A stretch of DNA of 40,999 bases, from IMG/VR virus record IMGVR_UViG_3300031578_000136; one strand, 5' to 3'. The notes under the pieces are model-generated. The model searched no databases. It was not told where the DNA came from and saw nothing but the letters and a program-made list of their open reading frames with translations. This document shows positions 32,980 through 40,811 of the stretch, piece by piece. Position 1 is the first letter of the stretch, and every line of letters starts with the position of its first letter. This stretch comes from a virus. The position numbers and the translations under genes are program-made.

Positions 32980-33404
32980 GTAACGATATTATTTCAAAGG
33001 TATGGAGAAAAGTTGAGGAACTAGCAGAAAAAAGAGGAATGACTAGAGAGGAGTTCGAGGAATGGAGCGATGCTGAGCAATATCGCTCAAATATATCTGA
33101 AGACGAAGCCCTACTTATAGAGACTTTTTATGCGAATGTAGTTATAGAACGCTTGGAGACTGAGGGCAAGGATAAATTAGCTGAGGAAATTGAAGATAAG
33201 TACTACTGGGTAAAAAGATTTAAAAAGGACTTTGATAAAATTGATAAGGTAATGAAGCATTTGACTGATGTATGTGCCTACATAAAAAGAAAATATGATG
33301 TTGAATATAAATATGAGCGATTGTTTAGGTGGGATGATATTTTGTACGATTTAGTTATCAAAAAGAGCAAAAGCAAAAAGGCAAAATATAAAAGATATGA
33401 TTGA
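32976..33404 (+). CDS. Hypothetical protein downstream of the initiator (loader/accessory candidate)
   Basis: 142 aa, start overlaps the upstream stop. No motif recognised. Confidence 0.35.
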   Translation: MSNDIISKVWRKVEELAEKRGMTREEFEEWSDAEQYRSNISEDEALLIETFYANVVIERLETEGKDKLAEEIEDKYYWVKRFKKDFDKIDKVMKHLTDVCAYIKRKYDVEYKYERLFRWDDILYDLVIKKSKSKKAKYKRYD

Positions 33405-33429
33405 AAATTAGGAGAATTGCGAGGATTAA

Positions 33430-34383
33430 TTGTTAGAACTAAATAAAATATATTGCGGTGCTAATTCAGAAATCTTAAAACAAATAGATAGTGGATCTAT
33501 CAACTGCTGTATAACCTCTCCACCTTATTGGGCTTTAAGAGATTATGGAGTTGAGGGGCAACTCGGACTTGGACCTACCTTTGAAAAATATATTAATAAA
33601 CTTTGTAATATTTTTGATGGGGTAAAACGAATATTAAAAAAAGACGGGACCTGCTGGGTAATAATTGGAGATACCTATTCAACTGTTTCCGGTAGACAGG
33701 GTAAGGGTGATTTATACGGTAAACAACCAAAATTCTCCCAAGATGCAGATAATTCAATGCCAATTAAAATTAAGACTATTTTACCGGATAAATCCCTCAT
33801 TATGATACCCTTCCGATTTGCAATAGAAATGGTTAATCGTGGTTGGATTTTACGTAATACAATTATTTGGTACAAACCAAATTGTATGCCTGCTTCGGTT
33901 AAAGATAGATTTACAGTAGATTTTGAGTATGTATTCTTTTTTGTAAAGAATAAGAAATACTGGTTTGAACAGCAGTTTGAACCAATGAATTTAGAGTATA
34001 TTGGTAGATATAAATATCCCGTTTTCTCTGGCAATAAACATAAAAGTGGTATGTATTCTGTTAATGGAAGCAAGCATACAGAAGGAATAAAAAAGCCCAA
34101 TGCCGAGGGCCGCAATAAACGATGTGTTTGGCAGGTTCCACCAAAATCATTTTCAGGGGCTCATTTTGCGGTATACCCAGAAGAATTAATTGAACCAATA
34201 ATTAAAGCAGGTTGTCCTGAAAACGGTATAGTTTTGGATCCGTTTATGGGAAGAGGGACTACCGCAATTGTGGCCAAGAAGCAGGGAAAGAACTTTATAG
34301 GTATAGATATAAATCCAAAATATTGTGATATGGCAAATAGGGAAATAGCAAATACATATAGGCAATTGGAGTTAATTAAATGA
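33430..34383 (+). CDS. N4-cytosine/N6-adenine DNA methyltransferase (N6_N4_Mtase family, beta class)
   Basis: CCITSPPYW (motif IV, SPPY) near the N-terminus. VLDPFMGRGTTAIVAKKQGKNFIGIDINPKY (motif I) near the C-terminus. TTG start preceded by GAGGA. Confidence 0.85.
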   Translation: MLELNKIYCGANSEILKQIDSGSINCCITSPPYWALRDYGVEGQLGLGPTFEKYINKLCNIFDGVKRILKKDGTCWVIIGDTYSTVSGRQGKGDLYGKQPKFSQDADNSMPIKIKTILPDKSLIMIPFRFAIEMVNRGWILRNTIIWYKPNCMPASVKDRFTVDFEYVFFFVKNKKYWFEQQFEPMNLEYIGRYKYPVFSGNKHKSGMYSVNGSKHTEGIKKPNAEGRNKRCVWQVPPKSFSGAHFAVYPEELIEPIIKAGCPENGIVLDPFMGRGTTAIVAKKQGKNFIGIDINPKYCDMANREIANTYRQLELIK

Positions 34384-34988
34384 TAGATAATAAGGATAAA
34401 ATTATATTAGATTTATGTGGAGGGACCGGTGCTTGGAGTAACCCCTACGCCGATAATGGGTATATCGTATATAATATTACGCTGCCTTACTATGATTTGC
34501 TTGATGAAAAAGTTGTAAATTTTTGTATTGGTCTAAATCCATACGGAATACTTTTTGCTTGTCCTTGTGATATATGGTCTATAGCCGGTGTGAGGTTTTG
34601 GAAATCCCGGACATCTGATGAAGTATTTATGCACTCAAAAATCCTGGTTAAGGGCCTCCGGGTTATTTATAATACCAATCCAGTGTTCTGGTGTCTTGAA
34701 AATCCTATAGGCAAAATGAAAGAATTTATGGGAGGACCGGAATATAAGTTTAATCCATTTAATTTTGGAGACCCATATACTAAAAAGACTTATTTATGGG
34801 GAAAATTTAATATACCGATGTTTCCGCTGGGTATAGAGCCTAAAATAATAAATCCAGTTGAGCACACAGGTTCAAATAGCACAAAAAAACAGACTCCCAT
34901 ATCTTGGATATCCGGTAAAAATAGAAAGGAACGTAGGGCAATAACACCACCAGGATTTGCACAAACATTTTACGAGGCTAATAAATGA
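34380..34988 (+). CDS. Minimal C5-cytosine-methyltransferase-like protein, paralog 2 (202 aa)
   Basis: IILDLCGGTGAWS, FACPCDIWSIAGVR, CLENPIG, RAITPPGFAQTFYEANK. It is collinear with 28374..28979 over its whole length. Its start overlaps the stop of the upstream methyltransferase (ATGA). Confidence 0.55.
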   Translation: MIDNKDKIILDLCGGTGAWSNPYADNGYIVYNITLPYYDLLDEKVVNFCIGLNPYGILFACPCDIWSIAGVRFWKSRTSDEVFMHSKILVKGLRVIYNTNPVFWCLENPIGKMKEFMGGPEYKFNPFNFGDPYTKKTYLWGKFNIPMFPLGIEPKIINPVEHTGSNSTKKQTPISWISGKNRKERRAITPPGFAQTFYEANK

Positions 34989-35284
34989 TAGATGGAATTA
35001 TAAATATTGATACTGATAGAGGTAAAGAATTTGGATTTACTTCTGATAAGTATTCAGGTTGGTTATGGAAAACTGGCAATTACATAATTATTAGTTTTAT
35101 AGAAAGTAGAGGTTATTTATTAAATCTATTCAATTCAATTTTAAGAAAAGGTTATGGGATAAAAGTACCGACACCGTTTGCAAGAATGCAAAAAATATTG
35201 GAACTAAAAGATTTTAAGCAGACTTTTGAATATAGTAAGGATTTTGGAGAAGTAGAAATCTGGGTAAAGGAGGGTAAAAAATGA
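34985..35284 (+). CDS. Hypothetical protein (weak GNAT-like flavour)
   Basis: 99 aa, ATGA overlap with the upstream gene. IISFIESRGYLLNLFNSILRKGYGIKV is only vaguely acetyltransferase-like. Confidence 0.3.
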   Translation: MIDGIINIDTDRGKEFGFTSDKYSGWLWKTGNYIIISFIESRGYLLNLFNSILRKGYGIKVPTPFARMQKILELKDFKQTFEYSKDFGEVEIWVKEGKK

Positions 35285-35297
35285 TTAGGAGGATTAA

Positions 35298-35519
35298 ATG
35301 AGATATTGTCCACAATGTGGTTCTATAAAAAGCTGGCATTTTTATAAGGGCATATCTGCTGATAGTATTTGGGATAGATTTGATAAAGTTGAGCCAGATG
35401 AAGGCAACTGTTGGAAATGTGGATTTTCCTATAGCGAACATATTAATTATCCACTAGAGGGACAGATAAAAAAATTTAGGGAAAAGAGAACCTTGAAGAG
35501 GAAGAACAATGAATCATAA
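35298..35519 (+). CDS. Small zinc-ribbon protein
   Basis: MRYCPQCGS ... CWKCGF. Confidence 0.45.
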   Translation: MRYCPQCGSIKSWHFYKGISADSIWDRFDKVEPDEGNCWKCGFSYSEHINYPLEGQIKKFREKRTLKRKNNES

Positions 35520-35988
35520 ATTAATTTTACTACAAAGAACTATAGCACTACTTATAATTCTAACCCTGATAGTGGGAATACTTGTAATCTACCTGATAGA
35601 AAATTATCCCAAAGTAGAAGTTAGATATGTGGATAGGATTATAAGGGAAAGGGAAATTGTAACCGAATATCAAAGTGAAATTGAATGGGATAAGTTTACC
35701 ATAACCGCCTACACGCAAAATGATGAGGGTTGTAATAACATAACTGCGATAGGATTAGATTTAAACAAAGACTGGACAAAACATTTTAATTTTGTAGCGG
35801 TTGACCCAGATGTCATACCTTATGGAAAAACTATATTTATAAAAATTGACGGTAAGATTATAGAAGCCCTGGCTGTAGATTGCGGATATGCCATTAAGGG
35901 TAATAGATTAGATTTATACCATAGTAGTCTAGAAGAAGCTTTTAGTTTTGGAGTAAAAGAAGATGTGCCTGTGGGGGTGATTAGATGA
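35509..35988 (+). CDS. Membrane-anchored 3D-domain protein (MltA/RlpA-like double-psi beta-barrel, cell-wall active)
   Basis: N-terminal TM segment LLIILTLIVGILVIYLI. FTITAYTQNDEGCNNITAIGLDL...VAVDPDVIPYGKTIFIKIDG...ALAVDCGYAIKGNRLDLY fits the 3D domain pattern. Confidence 0.65.
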   Translation: MNHKLILLQRTIALLIILTLIVGILVIYLIENYPKVEVRYVDRIIREREIVTEYQSEIEWDKFTITAYTQNDEGCNNITAIGLDLNKDWTKHFNFVAVDPDVIPYGKTIFIKIDGKIIEALAVDCGYAIKGNRLDLYHSSLEEAFSFGVKEDVPVGVIR

Positions 35989-36539
35989 ATAATAATTTAC
36001 TAGATATAAATAAAGTAAAGACTTTTTTGGTTTCCAAAATGCTTTGGAGGTGGAATTATCTTGGTGTTGCTACGGAAAGTTTAAACAATTCTGATGTTTT
36101 AGGCATAAGAAGAACTCTCTATGCTGCCGAATTTGAAATAAAATTAACTAGAAGTGATTTATTAAATGAAGTAAATATTATTTTAAATATTATAAAAAGC
36201 AAGACCATTTTTGGTTGTCATGGCAGTAATACGAAAGTTACCAAACATGGAACTTATTTAGGATATTGGGAATTTGATAGACACTTAAAAGAATTTATAC
36301 CAAATGAATTTAATTTTTTAGTGCCAATAGAATTTGAGGATATTAAAACGAAGCTAGAAAATAGTCCCTATGGCTTATATACAATTAATATCAAAAATAA
36401 TAATTATGGTATTAATCAAATTTTGAGACCAAAAAAATTACATAAAAATAAGATAAATAATGAATACTTACCAAAATTTTTTAGAAAGCTATCTACGGAA
36501 AATCAAATGTTAAGAGAAAAATTATATATAAATGATTAA
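35985..36539 (+). CDS. PD-(D/E)XK nuclease-like protein (MmcB-like pattern)
   Basis: SDVLGIRRTLYAAEFEIKLTRSDLLNE gives a D...E.K core. A later NEFNFLVP....PYGLY resembles MmcB-family layout. Confidence 0.4.
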   Translation: MNNNLLDINKVKTFLVSKMLWRWNYLGVATESLNNSDVLGIRRTLYAAEFEIKLTRSDLLNEVNIILNIIKSKTIFGCHGSNTKVTKHGTYLGYWEFDRHLKEFIPNEFNFLVPIEFEDIKTKLENSPYGLYTINIKNNNYGINQILRPKKLHKNKINNEYLPKFFRKLSTENQMLREKLYIND

Positions 36540-36592
36540 ACAATTATCATTTATAACATTTATTATATTTTTAGCTTTAGTAAGTTATTGGT

Positions 36593-37507
36593 ATGAAAGT
36601 ATTATTAATAAACATAGATAGTAAAAAAATGCCGAATTTAGCACTTAAAAAGATTGAGAAATATCATCTAGATATGGGTGACGAAGTTATATGGGATATG
36701 CCCCTATACACTCATTTGGTAGATAGGGTTTATGTTTCTTGTATATTTAAAATTAACGAACATAAATGTTTTGAGTATGAATATTGTAGTAAAGCTTTTA
36801 TTGGAGGTAGTGGATATAGACTACGTATTACCTTACCTGAAAAAATTGAACAAATTAAACCAAGAATTAATATGGGCTTTTGTAGTCGTGGTTGTATTAG
36901 AAAATGTCCCTGGTGTGTTGTGCCGGAGAAGGAAGGTAAAATAAGAAGAGTGGGGGATCTTCTGGATTTATGGGATGGCAAAAGCAAAGATATAGTTTTA
37001 CTTGATAATAATATTCTAGCGTTGCCTAAACATTTTAGACTAATCTGCAAACAGGCAAGAGAAAATAAAATCAGATTAGATTTTAATCAGGGATTAGATT
37101 GCAGATTACTTACTCAAGAATTAGTAAATGAATTGAAATCAATTAGACATAAAGACCTCCATTTTGCCTTTGATGATCTATCTTATTTTGATTCAATTGA
37201 TAGAGCAATTACACTACTACAAAAAAATGGAATTAATCGTTGTACTTGGTTAATGCTTACTGGGTTTGATACCACACTCAAAGAAGATTTATTTAGAGCT
37301 AATTATTTAAAATCAAGAAATCAAAATGCTTATGTTATGAGATATAACTTTTCAAAGGATAGAAAATTAATACCATTATCTCAATGGGTAAACAATCATA
37401 GATGGTTTCAGGGGATAAGCTTTAATCAATTTATAAATATGTTTGAAAATAGAAAATATAAAAAATTATTAGGATTGGATGATAAATGCCAAGAGGTCGT
37501 ATATTAG
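36593..37507 (+). CDS. Radical SAM enzyme with a short B12-binding-like N-terminal domain
   Basis: GFCSRGCIRKCPWCVVPEKEGK contains CxxxCxxC (C-IRK-C-PW-C). The N-terminal KVLLINIDSKKMPNLALKKIEKYHLDMGDEVIWDM resembles the class-B rSAM Rossmann-like domain. Confidence 0.6.
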   Translation: MKVLLINIDSKKMPNLALKKIEKYHLDMGDEVIWDMPLYTHLVDRVYVSCIFKINEHKCFEYEYCSKAFIGGSGYRLRITLPEKIEQIKPRINMGFCSRGCIRKCPWCVVPEKEGKIRRVGDLLDLWDGKSKDIVLLDNNILALPKHFRLICKQARENKIRLDFNQGLDCRLLTQELVNELKSIRHKDLHFAFDDLSYFDSIDRAITLLQKNGINRCTWLMLTGFDTTLKEDLFRANYLKSRNQNAYVMRYNFSKDRKLIPLSQWVNNHRWFQGISFNQFINMFENRKYKKLLGLDDKCQEVVY

Positions 37508-37560
37508 ATAAAGAAGCAATAAGTATGGAGGATAAATGGCGGTAAGAAAAGGAATAAGTA

Positions 37561-37776
37561 ATGATTTTTGGAATATGTACAATTCAGAAAGAATTAGTAA
37601 AAAAATATTGTTTTGAAGAATGTGGACAAATACTTATTGGTGGTTTAGACGGTGGCGATATGTTGGGTTCGTTGTATCCTTGTAATGAAAAAATATGCCC
37701 TCACGAAGAAAAAAGATTGAAATTGGGTAAACTGGATAATGGCGAAATAGTTTATTTAAGAAAATTAAAAATATAA
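37561..37776 (+). CDS. Hypothetical small Cys-rich protein
   Basis: 71 aa with 5 Cys. RBS AAGGAATAAGTA. Confidence 0.35.
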   Translation: MIFGICTIQKELVKKYCFEECGQILIGGLDGGDMLGSLYPCNEKICPHEEKRLKLGKLDNGEIVYLRKLKI

Positions 37777-37788
37777 GAAAGGATAAAA

Positions 37789-38079
37789 ATGAGTGAATTA
37801 GAAGAAGAAATTAAAGAAACAACAAGTATGATTAAAGAAGATAATATTAAGTTAGCAAATGAATTAGAAAAAAGTGATATTTATGTAAATAAACTTGAAA
37901 AAGAAAGGGGCGAATTTAAACGTTCTGCCGAAATTAGATTAGATAAAATAGGGGCATTAGAAAAAGAAAACACTGAACTCAAAAAGCAGATAGAAGATTT
38001 AGAAATCGCATTTAAGTGTGTGAATGATAAAAATGATGAGCTTAAAAAATCTTTAGATGAAAGAGGAATTATTTATTAG
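37789..38079 (+). CDS. Hypothetical coiled-coil protein
   Basis: 96 aa, E/K/L-rich heptad-like sequence. RBS AAAGGATAAAA. Confidence 0.4.
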   Translation: MSELEEEIKETTSMIKEDNIKLANELEKSDIYVNKLEKERGEFKRSAEIRLDKIGALEKENTELKKQIEDLEIAFKCVNDKNDELKKSLDERGIIY

Positions 38080-38091
38080 AAAGGAAACAAG

Positions 38092-38394
38092 ATGAAAAAT
38101 AATAGAGAAATTACAATTGAGGAACTAAAGAAAATTCACGGTGAATATATGGTTGCAAAAGCATTGGCAACTATAAGTGGGGAATATTATAAAAATGAAG
38201 ATGAGTGGAAAGACAAATTCTTCGAGCCTCTAGCCACCAATCTCTTATCCAAATTACAAACATTAGATAGGGGGAAGGTAGAAGATTTAATGGAAGAACA
38301 TCAAGTAAAAAATAAAGAAGAAGCATATCAAAATGAAGATTTTATAGAAGCTATCCTTCAATTAATCCCCAAAGAAGGAGTTAAAAAATGGTAG
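38092..38394 (+). CDS. Hypothetical protein
   Basis: 100 aa. RBS AAAGGAAACAAG. Confidence 0.4.
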   Translation: MKNNREITIEELKKIHGEYMVAKALATISGEYYKNEDEWKDKFFEPLATNLLSKLQTLDRGKVEDLMEEHQVKNKEEAYQNEDFIEAILQLIPKEGVKKW

Positions 38395-38603
38395 ATTGGA
38401 ATAAAGTTGAAAAGGATGTAGGGAAATTAATAGATAAAAATTTATTACTTGATTTAGATGAAATGACTACATTAATAGTAGAGTATTTCAAATCTCTAAT
38501 AGAAAAAGAATTTAAAGTGGTGGAAGAAAATACAAATCGTAAATTTTTAGGATATTTGGGCGGAGTAATAAAAACAACTAAAAATATGAACAAGAACAAA
38601 TGA
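38388..38603 (+). CDS. Hypothetical protein
   Basis: 71 aa, overlaps both neighbours in operon register. Confidence 0.35.
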   Translation: MVDWNKVEKDVGKLIDKNLLLDLDEMTTLIVEYFKSLIEKEFKVVEENTNRKFLGYLGGVIKTTKNMNKNK

Positions 38604-38941
38604 AAGTAAATACAAAAAGTAAATATCTTAGCAAGAAAACTATAATAGATAATATTATTTTTGCTAGTAAAAAAGAAGCCAATAGGTACTTGGAGCTAAA
38701 ATTACTTGAAAGGGTAGGCAAGATTAAAAACTTGGAACTCCAACCAGTATTTGAATTGCAACCTACCTTTAAAAAGTTTGGCGAAACATATAGAGCTATA
38801 AAATATATGGCAGATTTTAAATATAACGAAATAAATAAAATAGTTATAGAGGATACTAAGGGATTTAAAAATAAGGTATATCTTTTAAAAAGAAAATTAT
38901 TTGAATATAAATATCCCGATCTTACCATTATAGAGATATAA
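38600..38941 (+). CDS. DUF1064-family protein (PD-(D/E)XK-like endonuclease)
   Basis: IIFASKKEANRYLELKLLERVGKIKNLELQPVFEL ... YMADFKY ... IVIEDTKG follows the DUF1064 pattern. Confidence 0.55.
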   Translation: MKVNTKSKYLSKKTIIDNIIFASKKEANRYLELKLLERVGKIKNLELQPVFELQPTFKKFGETYRAIKYMADFKYNEINKIVIEDTKGFKNKVYLLKRKLFEYKYPDLTIIEI

Positions 38942-38969
38942 GAATTAAAAAAATTAAGAAAGGAGAAAA

Positions 38970-39242
38970 ATGTTTAAAAAAGAAATGGAAAGAAGAATAG
39001 TAAAGCTAGAAAGAGAACTTACAGAGTACAATCTCTGGATCAATAGTATTCGTACAGAAGTTATCAATTTACAAATGGTAGTTAAGAAAATAAAGGATAT
39101 AACTGGGTATGATTCTTATGAATACAAGACAGAATTGGTGAAAAAGAATATAACAGAAAAGACTGCGACAGAAGCCATGGGGCAGAGGGATCCTGAAGAT
39201 TTAGTTCCAGAACCAGGACAGACTGTAAAATTTAAAAAATAA
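38970..39242 (+). CDS. Hypothetical protein
   Basis: 90 aa. RBS AAAGGAGAAAA. Confidence 0.4.
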   Translation: MFKKEMERRIVKLERELTEYNLWINSIRTEVINLQMVVKKIKDITGYDSYEYKTELVKKNITEKTATEAMGQRDPEDLVPEPGQTVKFKK

Positions 39243-39261
39243 ATTAAGAAAGGAGGTCGTC

Positions 39262-39843
39262 ATGGGAATACCAGAAAAGGATGTAAAAGTAATTGAAGAA
39301 GAAACCTCTATATTACTAAAGCAAGCAGATAGTTATGTTATAAAATCTGCTCAAGATGTAGATTTAGCTTCAGAGTTTCTTAGAAAAATAAAAGATGTAG
39401 AGAATAGGGTAGAAGCAAAAAGACTTGAATTTACAAAGCCTTTAAACGAGTCGCTTAAAGCAATAAATAATACATTCAGACAATTAAGCGAACCACTCAC
39501 TCAGGCAAGAAAACTACTAACTGAAAAGATTTTATCTTGGAGAAGAGCTGAGCAGGAGAGGATAGCTAAAGAGGAAGAAAGACGTAGAAAAATACAGGAA
39601 GCTCACGAAAGAGCAGGGCATGAAGTTAAAGCTCCAATTATCTTAGAGAGACCAGAAACAAAAATGGGAGATACACAGGTAAGAAAAGTATGGAATTGGG
39701 AACTCATAGATTTTAGCAAAGTGCCGGATATATATAAAGAGATTAACCGAGTAGCAATCAATCAGGCTATTAGAAATGGAGCTAGGGAAATTCCTGGATT
39801 GGAGATATTTCAGGAGGAATCTTTATCTATAATAAGGAGATAA
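39262..39843 (+). CDS. Hypothetical coiled-coil protein (Mu Gam-like / DUF1351-like layout, uncertain)
   Basis: 193 aa. N-terminal helical region with FTKPLNESLKAINNTFRQLSEPL and a C-terminal globular part. RBS AAAGGAGG. It is the last gene of the plus-strand operon. Confidence 0.3.
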   Translation: MGIPEKDVKVIEEETSILLKQADSYVIKSAQDVDLASEFLRKIKDVENRVEAKRLEFTKPLNESLKAINNTFRQLSEPLTQARKLLTEKILSWRRAEQERIAKEEERRRKIQEAHERAGHEVKAPIILERPETKMGDTQVRKVWNWELIDFSKVPDIYKEINRVAINQAIRNGAREIPGLEIFQEESLSIIRR

Positions 39844-39859
39844 TAAGAAAATTAGGAAA

Positions 39860-39890
39860 GGGAGCAATAATACATAATATCATTACTCCC
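39860..39890. terminator. Weak hairpin at the convergence point of the early (+) and late/lysis (-) units
   Basis: GGGAGCAAT (39860-39868) and ATTACTCCC (39882-39890) give 9 bp with one mismatch and a 13-nt loop. Confidence 0.25.
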
Positions 39891-39904
39891 TAATTTCCTT
39901 AATT

Positions 39905-40180
39905 CTATTTTATAGCACCATAGGCTTTGAGTAAGTCATAAAAAGAACCACAAGCAAACACTGCACCAGCTTTAACCATAACTGAAAATGCATTGGTATC
40001 AAGTTTTGCTGCCACTACAAGAATTGCAAATATAACAGCAATAGCACCATTTACTGAAGTTATGATTCTTGAGTCAATATCTTTCTTGGTAGTAACTTTT
40101 ATGATTTCCCAAATACCAAATACTATAAATATTAACAAGAAGGTAAGTAAATCTATATTGAGTAAAAATTTAAAATCCAT
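39905..40180 (-). CDS. Holin
   Basis: 91 aa with 2-3 hydrophobic helices (LLTFLLIFIVFGIWEII, GAIAVIFAILVVAA, AGAVFACGSF). It is adjacent to the lysin genes and is the last gene of the late unit. Confidence 0.6.
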   Translation of the reverse strand: MDFKFLLNIDLLTFLLIFIVFGIWEIIKVTTKKDIDSRIITSVNGAIAVIFAILVVAAKLDTNAFSVMVKAGAVFACGSFYDLLKAYGAIK

Positions 40181-40184
40181 TATT

Positions 40185-40811
40185 TCACCTCCTTATTTTT
40201 TCCCTTAAATTTTGCACTATAAAAGCCTTGTTTATTCCGGCAATTGGAGAAGTTGCATATTTTACATTTATCCCCTGCTCGCAATTGCCATTATAATATT
40301 TTCCACCTTCAATCAGATAATTTTCTATCATCCATTTTGTCCATGTATCTATGCAGTCTGGATAATCTTTAAATCTTCCTGCACTAGAATAAGGAGAGCT
40401 ATCATAAGCCTTAAATCCGTAGAGATTCGCTTTCATACGTGCTATAAAGGAAGTACCACTTGTACTCTCTAAAATAGCGTGAGCTATATTATGCAGTGCA
40501 TTTACATCATATAAATTTTGTGCATCTATAAAAGCCCATGAGAGACCAGATAACCTTAGGGTAAGACAATATTTTTCAAGTTCATAACAATCTATATTTT
40601 CAATATTTCCCAGTACCGGTTCAAAAACTTCTGGACAGTAATTATCTTTATCGAATACTTCCATTCTACCTTTAGTTATCGGACCTATCTTTCCATCCCA
40701 TTGTTTTCTATCAAAAGGGAATACATGACGCTGGAAATCAGTAACTATAATTTTATGATATTGAACAGAATATTTATAACCTAATTTAACAAAATATAAA
40801 TCATAATCCAT
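40185..40811 (-). CDS. Endolysin, N-acetylglucosaminidase (Glucosaminidase/FlgJ-like) domain
   Basis: IAHAILESTSGTSFIARMKANLYGFKAY ... KYATSPIAGINKAF matches the Glucosaminidase family pattern (aLESgwG.S..a...NnlFGIK ... YAtdp.Y). Confidence 0.65.
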   Translation of the reverse strand: MDYDLYFVKLGYKYSVQYHKIIVTDFQRHVFPFDRKQWDGKIGPITKGRMEVFDKDNYCPEVFEPVLGNIENIDCYELEKYCLTLRLSGLSWAFIDAQNLYDVNALHNIAHAILESTSGTSFIARMKANLYGFKAYDSSPYSSAGRFKDYPDCIDTWTKWMIENYLIEGGKYYNGNCEQGINVKYATSPIAGINKAFIVQNLREKIRR

